DNA of 64,000 bases from Eledone cirrhosa (Eukaryota): NCBI GenBank assembly GCA_964016885.1, contig OZ024740.1, positions 263,190,001 to 263,254,000 of the forward strand, in the 5' to 3' direction. Below, piece after piece: positions 14,421 to 26,931 of this stretch. Position numbers and translations under genes: made by a program. The notes beneath the pieces were generated by a model. That model did not search any database and was not told the origin of the DNA. It worked only from the letters and a program-made list of their open reading frames with translations. Each line of letters begins with the position of its first letter. The first letter of the stretch is position 1.

Positions 14421-15775
14421 TTAAAATATATGATAAACATGAAATGTGTATATATTGCAACAGACAAGGTTAGCTATTCATGAAATAAACTAATTAAAGT
14501 GAATACAATTTGTCTGTCTCGATATAAGTCAATAAAGACAAGCTTATATTGGCAACGGCCATGATTCCTGGACAGATTCAGATTTCAAAATTCAAACCTG
14601 TTCTGTAGACGAATTTGAACCTCGAAACCCAAATAAGTTTCGCAACGGTGGAATGTGAATTGAAAAATAAAGAGAATCGAAATGGAATAGAAATAAAAAA
14701 GTGAAATATCCAAATCTTCTGTGCTTATCAACAGGAATCCAGTAAAATTAGTATATCTCACATCAAACATTTTGCAGGTCTGACTACACGTGTGTAGGCA
14801 GGCCAAAACTAGCCGTCCCACATTCACGGTGCTAGAAATAACAGCCGCTTATGCAGGATTAAGGATCAGCTCTACAATAAGGGAGCCATACATTATATTA
14901 TATTTTGAGAATAGACTCTCAGTCGTTTACAATAATTAAGCTCCAGGAAAAGGGGCTCTTCCGAGCAGTTAAATACATTTAAAATATATGATAAACACGA
15001 AATGTGTTTATATTGCAACAGACAAAGTTAGCTATTAATGAAATAAACTAATTAAAGTGAATACAATTTGTCTGTCTCGATATAAGTCAATAAAGACAAG
15101 CTTATATTGGCAACGGCCATGATTCCTGGACAGATTCAGATTTCAAAATTCAAACCTGTTCTGTAGACGACTTTGAACCTCGAAACCTAAATAAGTTTCG
15201 CAACGGTGGAATGTGAATTGAAAAATAAAGAGAATCGAAATGGAATTAATCCTGCATAAGCGGCTGTTATTTCTAGCACCGTGAATGTGGGACGGCTAGT
15301 TTTGGCCTGCCTACACACTTGTAGTCAGACCTGCAAAATTTTTGATGTGAGATATACTAATTTTAATGGATTCCTGTTGATAAGCATAGAAGATTTGGAT
15401 ATTTCACTTTTTTATTTCTATTCCATTTCGATTCTCTTTATTTTTCAATTCACATTCCACCGTTGCGAAACTTATTTGGGTTTCGAGGTTCAAATTCGTC
15501 TACAGAACAGGTTTGAATTTTGAAATCTGAATCTGTCCAGGAATCATGGCCGTTGCCAATATAAGTTTGTCTTTATTGACTTATATCGAGACAGACAAAT
15601 TGTATTCACTTTAATTAGTTTATTTCATGAATAGCTAACTTTGTCTGTTGCAATATAAACACATTTCGTGTTTATCATATATTTTAAATGTATTTAACTG
15701 CTCGGAAGAGCCCCTTTTCCTGGAGCTTAATTATTGTAAACGACTGAGAGTTTATTCTCAAAATATAATATAATA
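14417..15775. repeat. Non-coding tandem plus inverted duplication (foldback) between (TA)n tracts
   Basis: 14417-14690 is repeated at 14975-15245; 15246-15775 is the reverse complement of these blocks; an older relative lies at ~31130-31375. Confidence 0.88.
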
Positions 15776-15987
15776 TATATATATATATATATATATAGAA
15801 AAATCTACCAAAAGTTTACGGTAGTGTCCAATCCGTATGAAGAACTCAATGTAATCCGGATATCATGAAAAGAGAAGATGCATTCAAAAACTACTTTCGG
15901 TGAAAAATAAACGGAAAACAGAGTCAAGATAAATTATTAAAAAATAATGAATAAACAAAGAAACAGTTCCTTATATTAAACAAAATT

Positions 15988-16126
15988 CATTATTTTACGA
16001 TCGTTTCTAGGATATATATGTGTTAGAGTTGGTATGCATATTCTATAGATCTATGTACAATATTTATACAAACTATCAGAGGGAATATACATACCTACAC
16101 ATATATATGCTGTCTTCAGAAATAAT
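15988..16126 (-). ncRNA. Type I hammerhead ribozyme with ~105-nt stem II
   Basis: Minus strand attattt-CTGAAGA-(105 nt)-GAAA-cgatcg-TA-aaataat. Confidence 0.8.
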
Positions 16127-16324
16127 TGTTGCTACTTTTGGCACAAGACCAGCAATTACCCAGTACACTACTGGTACTTTATTTTATCGACCCCGTAAGG
16201 ATGAAAGGCAAAGTTAACCTCGACGGGATTTGAACTCAAACCGTAAAGGGACGTAAATATGCTAGAAAGCATGGCGTCCAACCCTCTACTGATACTGCCA
16301 ATTCACCGCCCTCACCCTCACCCT
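16127..16324 (-). mobile_element. SINE inserted into the PLE 3' region with a 17-bp TSD
   Basis: ctgtcttcagaaataat at 16110-16126 and 16325-16341; sister copies at ~20290 and ~39725 show the empty site. Confidence 0.92.
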
Positions 16325-17075
16325 CTGTCTTCAGAAATAATGATACTTGTTTATTGATAAGAACAAAGATTCAATACAATAGGTCTGTTTGGGAACAGGT
16401 TTTGAATTGACCAATCAGGAGATAGTGAGGGTCAAGATAGTGATATAGAATTAGTAGAACCTTAAATTATGGGTAGAGGAAGGTAGATTTCAGTTTTGGA
16501 TGGAAAAGAGTATTATGAATGAAGGATTACTTTAGGGAAGAAGTAGGTCATATGTTGACCTCAGAAATAATTTTATTTGTTCATTGAATAAAACCAAACT
16601 AAGATCCAATATAATAATGGATTACTTTAGGGAAGAAGTAGGTCATATGTTGACCTCAGAAATAATTTTATTTGTTCATTGAATACAACCAACAAAGATC
16701 AAATATAGTCTGTCTGTTTGGTAAGAGGTTTAGAATTAACCAATAGAAAGTTAATAATTGGCCAAATGGTAAAATAGTAGTAATTGAAACTTATTTTAGG
16801 GGTGAAACTAGCTCAGGTGGTCAGTAGAAGGTATACAAGCAGTTGCTGTTATAAAATAGTAATGCCAATACAAATATCTAAGGTGACCAGAGTTTTAAGA
16901 TAAGGATGTTAGTGAAAAAAAATACATCTATGAAAAGGATATAAAATTAATTGAATTGATGGGTATATTTATATTGATAAAATTATACTAATACATATAG
17001 ATATGATAAATAAAAGTTAGATGCAGTTGAAAAGTGCTGTTAAGGATGAGGGGAGATTAAAAGAATATAAAAATG

Positions 17076-17106
<31 letters not shown>

Positions 17107-17146
17107 TATACCTACATATATATACATATATACACACACACACACA

Positions 17147-17186
<40 letters not shown>

Positions 17187-17215
17187 CATACACAAACACA
17201 CACAAATATATACCC

Positions 17216-17246
<31 letters not shown>

Positions 17247-17282
17247 TACACATGTACATATACATACACACACACACATACA

Positions 17283-17341
<59 letters not shown>

Positions 17342-18043
17342 ACATATACACATATATATATATATATACATATATATATATTTTTTTTACACTCACATAC
17401 ATACACACATACATACATACACACTTATATACACACACATCCACACTTACATATACATATATTTATTGGGGGGGGGATTAAATTTATTAGTGGGAAATAG
17501 TAAATATATATAGGTTTCAAGGAACATAGAGTCATAACCTGAAGTTAAAGCATTATATATGTTTACTTAATGGTATCAGTTTTAGGAAATGATATTTGTA
17601 AGAAGGAAAGCCAAATTATGTAGTTCATCATTAGTAGAATATTAATTATAGGTTAACTAAAATAAAAATAGTTTATATATTAATTTCTAAGGTGTATTTT
17701 AATTAGGTTTATAATATTTAAAGCAGAATTATGTAGTTCATCAGTAGTAGAATATTAATTATAGGTTAACTAAATTAAAAATAATTACATATGTTTCCTT
17801 AATGGTATCAGATTTAAGAAATAATGTTTGTAAGAAGGAAAGCCAAATTATTTAGTTCATCAGTAGTAGAATATTAATTATAGGTTAACTAAATTAAAAA
17901 TAGTTTATATATTAATTTCTAAAGTGTATATTAATTAGGTTTTTAATATTTAAAGCAGAATTTTGTAGTTCATCTGTAGTAGAATATTAATTATAGGTTA
18001 ACTGAATTAAAATTAATTTATATATTAATTTCTAAAGTGTATA

Positions 18044-19588
18044 TTAATTAGGTTTATAATATTTAAATGTTTTTCTCAGTTTATGATTACACGATATTAT
18101 TAATTCCTGTCGCTTATTTAATAGGATATCCTTAGATTTCATTATTTCGAAAAGTTCTTGGGAACACAATCTACATTCATTTCTACTATTTTGATAAGGG
18201 GTGGCCCTTTTGAGCACACTCCAGGTCAGGTCATATTCTATATTCCTCTTTCTATAACTATTAATTTTTTCAACTAGAGATGTTGTATTAGCTAGTGCGG
18301 CATTTTTAAAACTATGTTTGTGGGTATTAAATCTTACCTTAAAATTGTTAGAGGTAGCTCCTATATATGAATAAATAGAGTCCTTAGTGTTAACTTTACA
18401 TTTATATATTATGTTATTAACAAGGTAATTTCCTTTTAATGGACAGTTTGCCTTGGTTCTAGAGTTACAACTTTTCGGGAATCCTGTATCTGAGGAGATA
18501 TTATGGTTAGTTTGATGTACTGGTGGTATACTTATGGTTTGTTTACATTTATATGCATTATAGGCACTTATATTTTGTTTTATGTTTTTGGTTGTTGAGT
18601 AGGAGAATTTAACTGTTGATCTATTTAAGATGTGATGGTATTTGTGGTTTGGCGGGAAGTTTTTCTCTAGGACATTAAATAATTTTTTAGGTATATTATC
18701 CTTAAATTGTAAATTAAATGGAGCATTATACCAAGTAACTCGTCTATTACGGTTTCTATGTTGTTTATTGTTTTTATAGGATGCATCCTGATGTTTACTA
18801 GGAGAATTATTGTTAATGATCTCTCCACACACATTTTTAGTTAGATTTATTGATTTAGGTGTTTTAGCTTGTTTATTAGGAGTTTTATTATTAACATTTA
18901 TTAGAGTTGTAGGATGAGTAGTTTTTTGAGAGTTACTATACTGTATATTAGAAGAGTTAGAGAAATTTGGTTTTATGTTGGTATTTTGGGGTATAGTGTG
19001 AGTGGCATTTAGGTGTGTACGTTTCATTTGGTATTTGTTGGTAATATTAGGTTGTATGTTTGTAGTATTATTTGTAGAAGGTATATATAGTAATCTATTT
19101 TTGTGGCCACTTCTATCTAGAGCTTCGTTATAAAAGGTCGCATTGTTATCAAACACATCTTGGTTAGACGAAAGGTTAGAAATTCTAAGTGATATATTAT
19201 ATGCAAGGTTTTAAGGATAGATTTAGGGTGATTAGATTGTGAGTGTATGTAGTGTAAATTTTGGGTGGATTTATGGTAAGGTTGGTAGATACCCGTAGAT
19301 AAGTCTAATGTTATATCTAGGAAGTTAACTACTTTACTTGTGTTTTCAAATGTAATATCTAGACTATAATAGTCTTTAAGGAAAGTTCTAATAAGCTTTT
19401 TATTTTTTTCTATCTCTGAGAGGCTAAGGTTATTGGAAAGAAGAAGACAGTCGTCACGATATAAACCACCTTTAAGGTGGGGAAAGGAAGCATTTATGTT
19501 AAAAAGAAGAAAGAGGCCCACAAGATCAGTAATTTGGGCAGAATCGCTTGAGCCCATAGTAATATCAAATAGATTACTATATGTGTTT
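18044..19588 (-). pseudogene. PLE reverse transcriptase plus GIY-YIG endonuclease (one frameshift near 19200)
   Basis: [58 protein letters not shown]. Confidence 0.92.
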
Positions 19589-20286
19589 ACAGTACTTTTC
19601 AACTGCATCTAACTCTTATTTATCATATCTATATGTATTAGTATAATTTTATCAGTATAAATTTACCCATCAATTTAATTAATTTTATATCCTTTTCATA
19701 GATACATTTTTTTTCACTAACATCCTTATCTTAAAACTCTGGTCACCTTAGATATTTGTATTGGCATTACTATTTTATAACAGCAACTGCTTGTATACCT
19801 TCTACTGACCACCTGAGCTAGTTTCACCCCTAAAATAAGTTTCAATTACTACTATTTTACCATTTGGCCAATTATTAACTTTCTATTGGTTAATTCTAAA
19901 CCTCTTACCAAACAGACAGACTATATTTGATCTTTGTTGGTTGTATTCAATGAACAAATAAAATTATTTCTGAGGTCAACATATGACCTACTTCTTCCCT
20001 AAAGTAATCCATTATTATATTGGATCTTAGTTTGGTTTTATTCAATGAACAAATAAAATTATTTCTGAGGTCAACATATGACCTACTTCTTCCCTAAAGT
20101 AATCCTTCATTCATAATACTCTTTTCCATCCAAAACTGAAATCTACCTTCCTCTACCCATAATTTAAGGTTCTACTAATTCTATATCACTATCTTGACCC
20201 TCACTATCTCCTGATTTGTCAATTTAAAAACTGTTCCCAAACAGACCTATTGTATTGAATCTTTGTTCTTATCAATAAACAAGTAT

Positions 20287-20426
20287 CATTATTTCTGAAG
20301 ACAGCATATATATGTGTAGGTATGTATATTCCCTCTGATAGTTTGTATAAATATTGTACATAGATCTATAGAATATGCATACCAACTCTAACACATATAT
20401 ATCCTAGAAACGATCGTAAAATAATG
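20287..20426 (+). ncRNA. Type I hammerhead ribozyme with ~105-nt stem II
   Basis: Stem I cattattt/aaataatg (8 bp); CTGAAGA 20295-20301; GAAA 20407-20410; palindromic stem III cgatcg; GTA cleavage triplet. Confidence 0.82.
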
Positions 20427-20465
20427 GATTTTTTTTAATATAAGGAACTGTTTCTTTTATTATTC

Positions 20466-20541
<76 letters not shown>

Positions 20542-20592
20542 CACACACACGCACACACACAATCATATCTATACACACACACACACACACAC

Positions 20593-21575
20593 GGTAGCAA
20601 CTAACAGAGCTGCGATCGAATGGGGCTTTTCAGCCCAGCCAATGTTCTAAAATGTTTTGCAGAGTCGGCAACCAAAACATTCACTGAGAATAGCCGGCTG
20701 TGGTTGGAGTTCATATACCTTTGCATGTCGTTTGAGCCCTCCCGCTGATTTACATTCTCTACCACATGCTTGGCAAGCATGATGAGTAGTATCTCCAACA
20801 GTAGCCTGGTAGTCAACCACTGGTCTTACTTTATGACTGCGAAGATGACTTTCGAGTCCAGCTTTGCTTAGGCAGAGTCTCGCACAGACGCTGCATGTCA
20901 GCGCCATAGGAGTAACCTCTCCGTCTGGAAGTGCAACAGCAATGCCCTTCCTCACATCCCGGTTTACTTTCTCGTATGCGATTCGAGATGCCTCAAAAGC
21001 AACTTTTCCCTCATATACAGTCTTTCTCCATTTATTACGATCAGCAGCAATATTTTCCCATGTATCAGCAGAGATGTTAGCGTCTTTCAAAGAGGCTTTT
21101 TTTGGTTTATGTGGCGGTCGTTTTCCTTTAACTAACTGTCCATAAAAGAGTTGTTTTGGTATTCTAGAATCCTTCATCCTGGCAAGGTGACCACTCCAAC
21201 GGAGTCGTTGCTAAGCACAAGAGCTTCTATACTGTCACACATAGAGCTTTCCAAAATCTCAATATCGCTGACGTGGTCCCTCCAGTAAACGCCATGGATC
21301 CGTCTGAGACACATCTGATGGAAACGCTCCAATTGCTTAAGGTGGTGTCGATATGTGACCCAGGTCTCGCAGGCATAAAGAAGAGAAGATAGCTCACATG
21401 CCTCATACCCCTTTACCTTTGTCTTCTTGCATATGTCTCGCCGACCCCAGGGTCGCCTTTCTAGCTTTCGGAAAGCATCATTTGCTTTCCTAATCCTGAG
21501 TGAGATTTCACTATCAAGGTTGCTGTATCGATTGACAGTGCTTCCCAGGTAGACAAACTGATCAACCACTCCACT
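20593..21575 (-). mobile_element. RTE-clade LINE 3' part
   Basis: [40 protein letters not shown]; C-terminal C2H2-like motifs; (GT)n after the 3' end. Confidence 0.88.
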
Positions 21576-21668
21576 CATATATACACATATATATATATAC
21601 ATACACATATACATATACCTTCATATAAATATATAAATACATATATATATATACATACATATGTATAT

Positions 21669-21747
<79 letters not shown>

Positions 21748-21757
21748 TACATATAAA

Positions 21758-21797
<40 letters not shown>

Positions 21798-22082
21798 CAT
21801 ATATATATATATATATATACATACATATATATATATACATATATATATATATACATGCATACATATATATATATATACATATACATATACGTAGATATAT
21901 ACATACACATGTATATATATATATACATACATATGTACATATACATATATACATATACATATATATACATATATATATATACATACATATATATATACAT
22001 ACATTTATCTCTCTCTCTCTATATATATATACATACATTTATATATATATACATACATTTATATATATATATACATACCTAC

Positions 22083-22145
<63 letters not shown>

Positions 22146-22217
22146 CATTTATATATATATATATACATACATTTATATATATATATATACATACATTTAT
22201 ATGTATATACATACATT

Positions 22218-22297
<80 letters not shown>

Positions 22298-22301
<4 letters not shown>

Positions 22302-23451
22302 CATTTTCCTTCTTTTCTCTATCGAGGACGAATTCCCCAACGCGGGCGGTGGTTTGTACCGTGACGATTGTCTTTTGACCATGACTAAGTGCCGACCTCG
22401 TGCTTGCGACAGGTTCAGAAAAGAACTCACAGCCTTCTTTAAAGGCTTCAACCTCTCTATACAGGTTGAGGCCAATCTCTCGGTCGTTAATTACCTCGAC
22501 GTTACCCTCAATTTATTGAATGGGTTGTATTACCCGTATAGAAAGCCAAATGATACGCTTAATTACATAAGTAAGCATTCCAACCATCCTGCCAGCGTAA
22601 CCAAGAACCTGGTAAGAAACGTTTCGTCGAGGCTTTCCCGTCTTTCCACCAACGAGCGCATTTTCAACGACCATTCCACTTATTACAATGAAGCTCTTGC
22701 TCGAAGTGGATTTGCCGATAAGGTAGCATATACAGTGTACGAAAATAGACCTAGAAGAAATAGATCCCATCGCATTTGTTGGTTTAACCCACCATATAAT
22801 ATGGAGGTGGCCACACCATTAGCTAAGATCTTTCTTTCCCTTATTACGAAACATTTTCCCCCTACACATAAATATAGTAACATTTTTAATAGAAATACTA
22901 TTAAAATTTCTTACTCTACGACTCCTAACCTTGCACATAACATCACAGCTTCAAATTTAGCTAAACAACCTAGCCGTAGGAACACGTGCAACCCTGTAGG
23001 TAGTACTAACTGTAATTGTAGGAATCGGGCTGATTGCCCCCTATCCGGGAAATGCCTCTCTAGTAACATTGTCTACAAATGTAAGGTTGTAACACCCACG
23101 TCCCGTAGGGCCTACATAGGGTTAACCGCCAATAGTTTCAAGCAGCCTCTTTACATGCATACCCATTCTTTTCGTTACCCTCTAAGAAGGAATATGACGG
23201 CACTTTCAGCTTATATCTGGAGTCTAAAAGACAACCACACCCAATATAAGTTACACTGGGAGATCCTAACTAGGGCTAGATCGTATAACGGAAATAAAAG
23301 ACCATGTGACCTCTGCGCCGCTGAGGCCCTGGAAATACTCTACGCTACAGACCACATCTTAAACCAAAAATCTGAGGCAATTTCGGCTTGTAAACATAAA
23401 TTGCACAAAACTTTCCTGTATTACAGCCCCACGTTATACCTTAACGGATAG
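22298..23451 (+). pseudogene. PLE RT C-terminus, CxC linker and GIY-YIG; open frame, 5'-truncated
   Basis: [54 protein letters not shown]. Confidence 0.92.
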
Positions 23452-24378
23452 CACGATCTATACGTGGATATTTTACGTCTTGATGTGGGAGCTAAGTATA
23501 TGTTTTGTTTATTCCTTTACGTATTTGCATAGGTACCTATATATTACCCGTATGTTTTGTGAAGGTATGTATACCTTCTCGTACGTATAAATGACTGTTA
23601 TAGCGTATAATTTTTACATATTCTGGTATTTAGGGTTTGGCTATGTGTATACGGGAGTTTGCGTCCGCGTGAGCGTGCAGGTTCGTACGTATGGTGGGTG
23701 TGTGTATATGTGTACTTCTTGTTTTAGTTGACTTACGTCTCCGAACATTCGTGTATTTATATGTAGGTATGCGTGTGCGCTTGTTATATACGTATTTATT
23801 TACTTATATACGTTTATATAATTATTTATTTATTTGTACACAAACATACACACACACAGATATTTATATGTGCGTGGTTTTGTATACCCATGGTAAGGTT
23901 TTCCGTATGCTTGTGTATGTACGTATCTGTTTGCGTGTATGTATTTATTTGTTCCTATTACTTCTGTATTGTATTTATTTACTTTGTTCTTAACTCTGTA
24001 GCGGAGATTCATTTGGTCTCCTAGTTAGAATTTTAGTCTACGATTTCTGCTATACCATTTACGTGGTTTTGTCTTTGCGTGCTATTGTTCTCCACGCTCC
24101 ACATATGACTTATTATCTTCGTTTTTTCGTTCATTGCCAGAGAACGTCTCTATGCACCACTTAAGAGAACATTAGTCTACGACCTCTTTTATACCATAAA
24201 CGTGGTTTTGTCTTTGCGCGTAATTGTTTTTCACCGCTCCTATTAATGACGTATTATTCGTTTTTTCCCGTTCTTTGCCAGCGAACGTTACCACAAACCA
24301 AAGTATCGTCTTCCTCTCTTCCTCCGGCTGCAACGTTTTTTGAAATATCCAGTTCTGCGTTTACAGATTGACTTTGTT

Positions 24379-24429
24379 AGTTTCAGAAGATCCCGTTAAG
24401 GGTGAAAGCAGCGATTCTTTGCTTAAACT
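24379..24429 (+). ncRNA. Hammerhead ribozyme variant (CAGAAGA core)
   Basis: agttt-CAGAAGA-t-ccc-gttaa-ggg-t-GAAA-gca..tgc-TT-aaact, with AATAAA ~15 nt downstream. Confidence 0.65.
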
Positions 24430-24535
24430 TTAATCTGTTATTTTAATAAATATTTGCTCTACGGTTCTTATATATTTGATATATATTTTCCTTATCGAGC
24501 CCTCTTTGGATTTTAGTCTTCAATTTTATTATTAT

Positions 24536-24588
<53 letters not shown>

Positions 24589-24590
24589 CA

Positions 24591-24627
<37 letters not shown>

Positions 24628-24798
24628 ATAATAATAAATTTGATGACTAAAATCCAAAGATGGCTCGATAAGGATAAATATATATCAAACATATAAGAAC
24701 CGTTAAGGGTGAAAGCACCAATTTTTTGCTTAAACTTTAATCTGTTATTTTAATAAATATATATATATATACGTATATATATACATACATTTACATGT

Positions 24799-24875
<77 letters not shown>

Positions 24876-24932
24876 TTGAAATAAAATGAAAACGAAATTT
24901 CATTTCTCACTCTTAGTACGGCACTTACTTAA

Positions 24933-25563
24933 ATGTAAGTATGTGTGTATACGTACATACATATATGTATACATACGTACAGTAGCATGCATATATATAT
25001 ATATACATATATACATACAGGTACACATACATATATGCACGTATCAGTTTAGCGGACGCTTATTATAACGCCGCTTTGTTCGTTTGTAAACAAACTGAAC
25101 AGCCTGAATTTTATGCCGTACGGTGTTAAGGCAACCACGTCACCTTTTTGTTCAACACTGACACAGGAACGATGTACTAGTTTCAAGCTTGTTAGCTATC
25201 ATCAGCACCGTATACCCTTCTGCTAGATAGTTGAACGTTCGAAAGTATATGCTTTCCTTATGAAAATTAACGGCTGGGCAGCCTAATTTGCATATCGAGT
25301 GAGTTAAGTCGGTCAGGCATACCGAAAACGATATGTCAGTGTTGAAGAAAAAGGTGACGTGGTTGCCTTAACACCGTACGGCATAAAATTCAGGCTGTTC
25401 ATTTTGTTTACAAACGAACAAAGCGGCGTTATAATAAGCGTCCGCTAAACTGATACGTGCATATATGTATGTGTACCTGTATGTATATATGTATATATAT
25501 ATATATATATGCATGCTACTATACGTCTGTATACATATATGTATGTACGTATACACACATACT

Positions 25564-25568
<5 letters not shown>
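24933..25568. repeat. Foldback with ~230-bp inverted arms (24933-25163 / 25334-25568)
   Basis: Arms are near-perfect reverse complements. Confidence 0.9.
25170..25210 (-). ncRNA. Minimal type I hammerhead ribozyme (41 nt)
   Basis: Minus strand cggtg-CTGATGA-t-agct-aaca-agct-t-GAAA-ctag-TA-catcg. Confidence 0.85.
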
Positions 25569-25647
<79 letters not shown>

Positions 25648-25654
25648 TATATAC

Positions 25655-25700
<46 letters not shown>

Positions 25701-26327
25701 ATATATATGTATACATGTAAATGTATGTATATATATATATATATAAATGTATGTATATATATATATAAATGTATGTGGATATGTATATATATGTATATAT
25801 ATATATATATATATATTTGTATTGTGATGTTTTGCATTCTTGCAATAATATAGACATACTGAATTCATCCGCCTAAAATAAGGGTTGCCTCCCTTGCCGA
25901 TTTCCACGTGGGGTCGGTAACGGTCATTTCTTAAATTATCACTCGAACTAAAACCTGTTGAAAAAGTGGCTTCCTTGTTCAATCATCTTCGCAGAAGCCT
26001 AACATTATTTGTGTAAGCGGACAGTACTTGATTTAGGAGTCGCAGAAACCCAAATGCTGGATTTTACCAACCTCCAGGGGTCCGGGTATATTTTCAATCA
26101 CATATATATTTATTTGTTTGACCCGAATTACTTGGTCGTTTTTGTGGTTGCGCGGATGATTGTTTAAGCATCGTCTCTGTGTGTTTGGCCTTTAACGTAT
26201 GTTGTTGCTCTGTTTCATCCGAATCATTGAGCGGTTGCATCGGAAGTTGTTTTTCGTTAATTCCTAAGCCGAAATACAATTCTCGTTAATTTATGTATAT
26301 ATATATATATCCATCTATATATATCTA

Positions 26328-26495
<168 letters not shown>

Positions 26496-26594
26496 TATAT
26501 ATACATATATACATATAAATATATATATATATATGGAGAGAGAGAATAAGTTAAAGCGAAGTAGCTTCAGATGTTCAAGTTCTTTAATAATAAT

Positions 26595-26668
26595 GCTGTG
26601 ATATATATTTCAATGACGACACTGGCCACACTGTTCTGTGTGCGAGTGTCGCGACATCATCAGATAGC
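26595..26668 (-). ncRNA. Type I hammerhead ribozyme (minus copy)
   Basis: gctat-CTGATGA-45-nt stem II-GAAA-tatata-TC-acagc; one stem I mismatch. Confidence 0.75.
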
Positions 26669-26857
26669 TTGTTACATAATAATGTTGTTTCATAATAAGG
26701 TTGTTTCAACTTCCTTCGGACATGCGCTTGCGCAGACCGGTGGGGGTGAATTGGTACTCACAAGGGAACGGATGAAAAGACACAAAAGCACGAACTTCAT
26801 CCGTTCCCATGTCGATTCAATTTGGATTGCCTCGGAGACAACCTTATTATGTAACAA

Positions 26858-26931
26858 GCTGTCTGATGATGTCACGACACTCGCACACAGAACAGTGTGG
26901 CCAGTGTCGTCATTGAAATATATATCACAGC
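26858..26931 (+). ncRNA. Type I hammerhead ribozyme (plus copy)
   Basis: gctgt-CTGATGA-tgtc-acgacact..agtgtcgt-catt-GAAA-tatata-TC-acagc. Confidence 0.85.

Larger units (their letters stand above)
15797..20475 (-). mobile_element. Penelope-like element family A, 5'-truncated, with inverted pseudo-LTR
   Basis: RT/GIY-YIG frame on minus; 19589-20475 is the reverse complement of ~15955-17040; (TA)n on both flanks. Confidence 0.92.
22298..24760 (+). mobile_element. Penelope-like element family B, 5'-truncated, in (TA)n
   Basis: RT/EN frame, 3' UTR, HHR-like motif, and rearranged terminal copies at 24622-24760. Confidence 0.9.

Noticed and set aside
13564-14483. Long Y/I/M/C/H-rich ORFs (also ~21560-22360, 25445-26600, 28376-29111, 40432-42477)
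   Set aside because: Translations of (TA)/(CA)/(TACA) microsatellites.
14585-15523. Duplicated 80-aa ORF on both strands
   Set aside because: By-product of the inverted duplication; GTG start and no domain.
17610-18040. Repeated CTGATGA on minus (also 38790 on plus)
   Set aside because: Tandem duplications in the PLE 3' UTR with no properly placed GAAA or stems.
19589-19608. ATG start of ORF 19117-19608 (and of ORFs 22201 and 10636)
   Set aside because: These starts come from the inversion junction, a microsatellite or a 5' truncation, and are not native starts.
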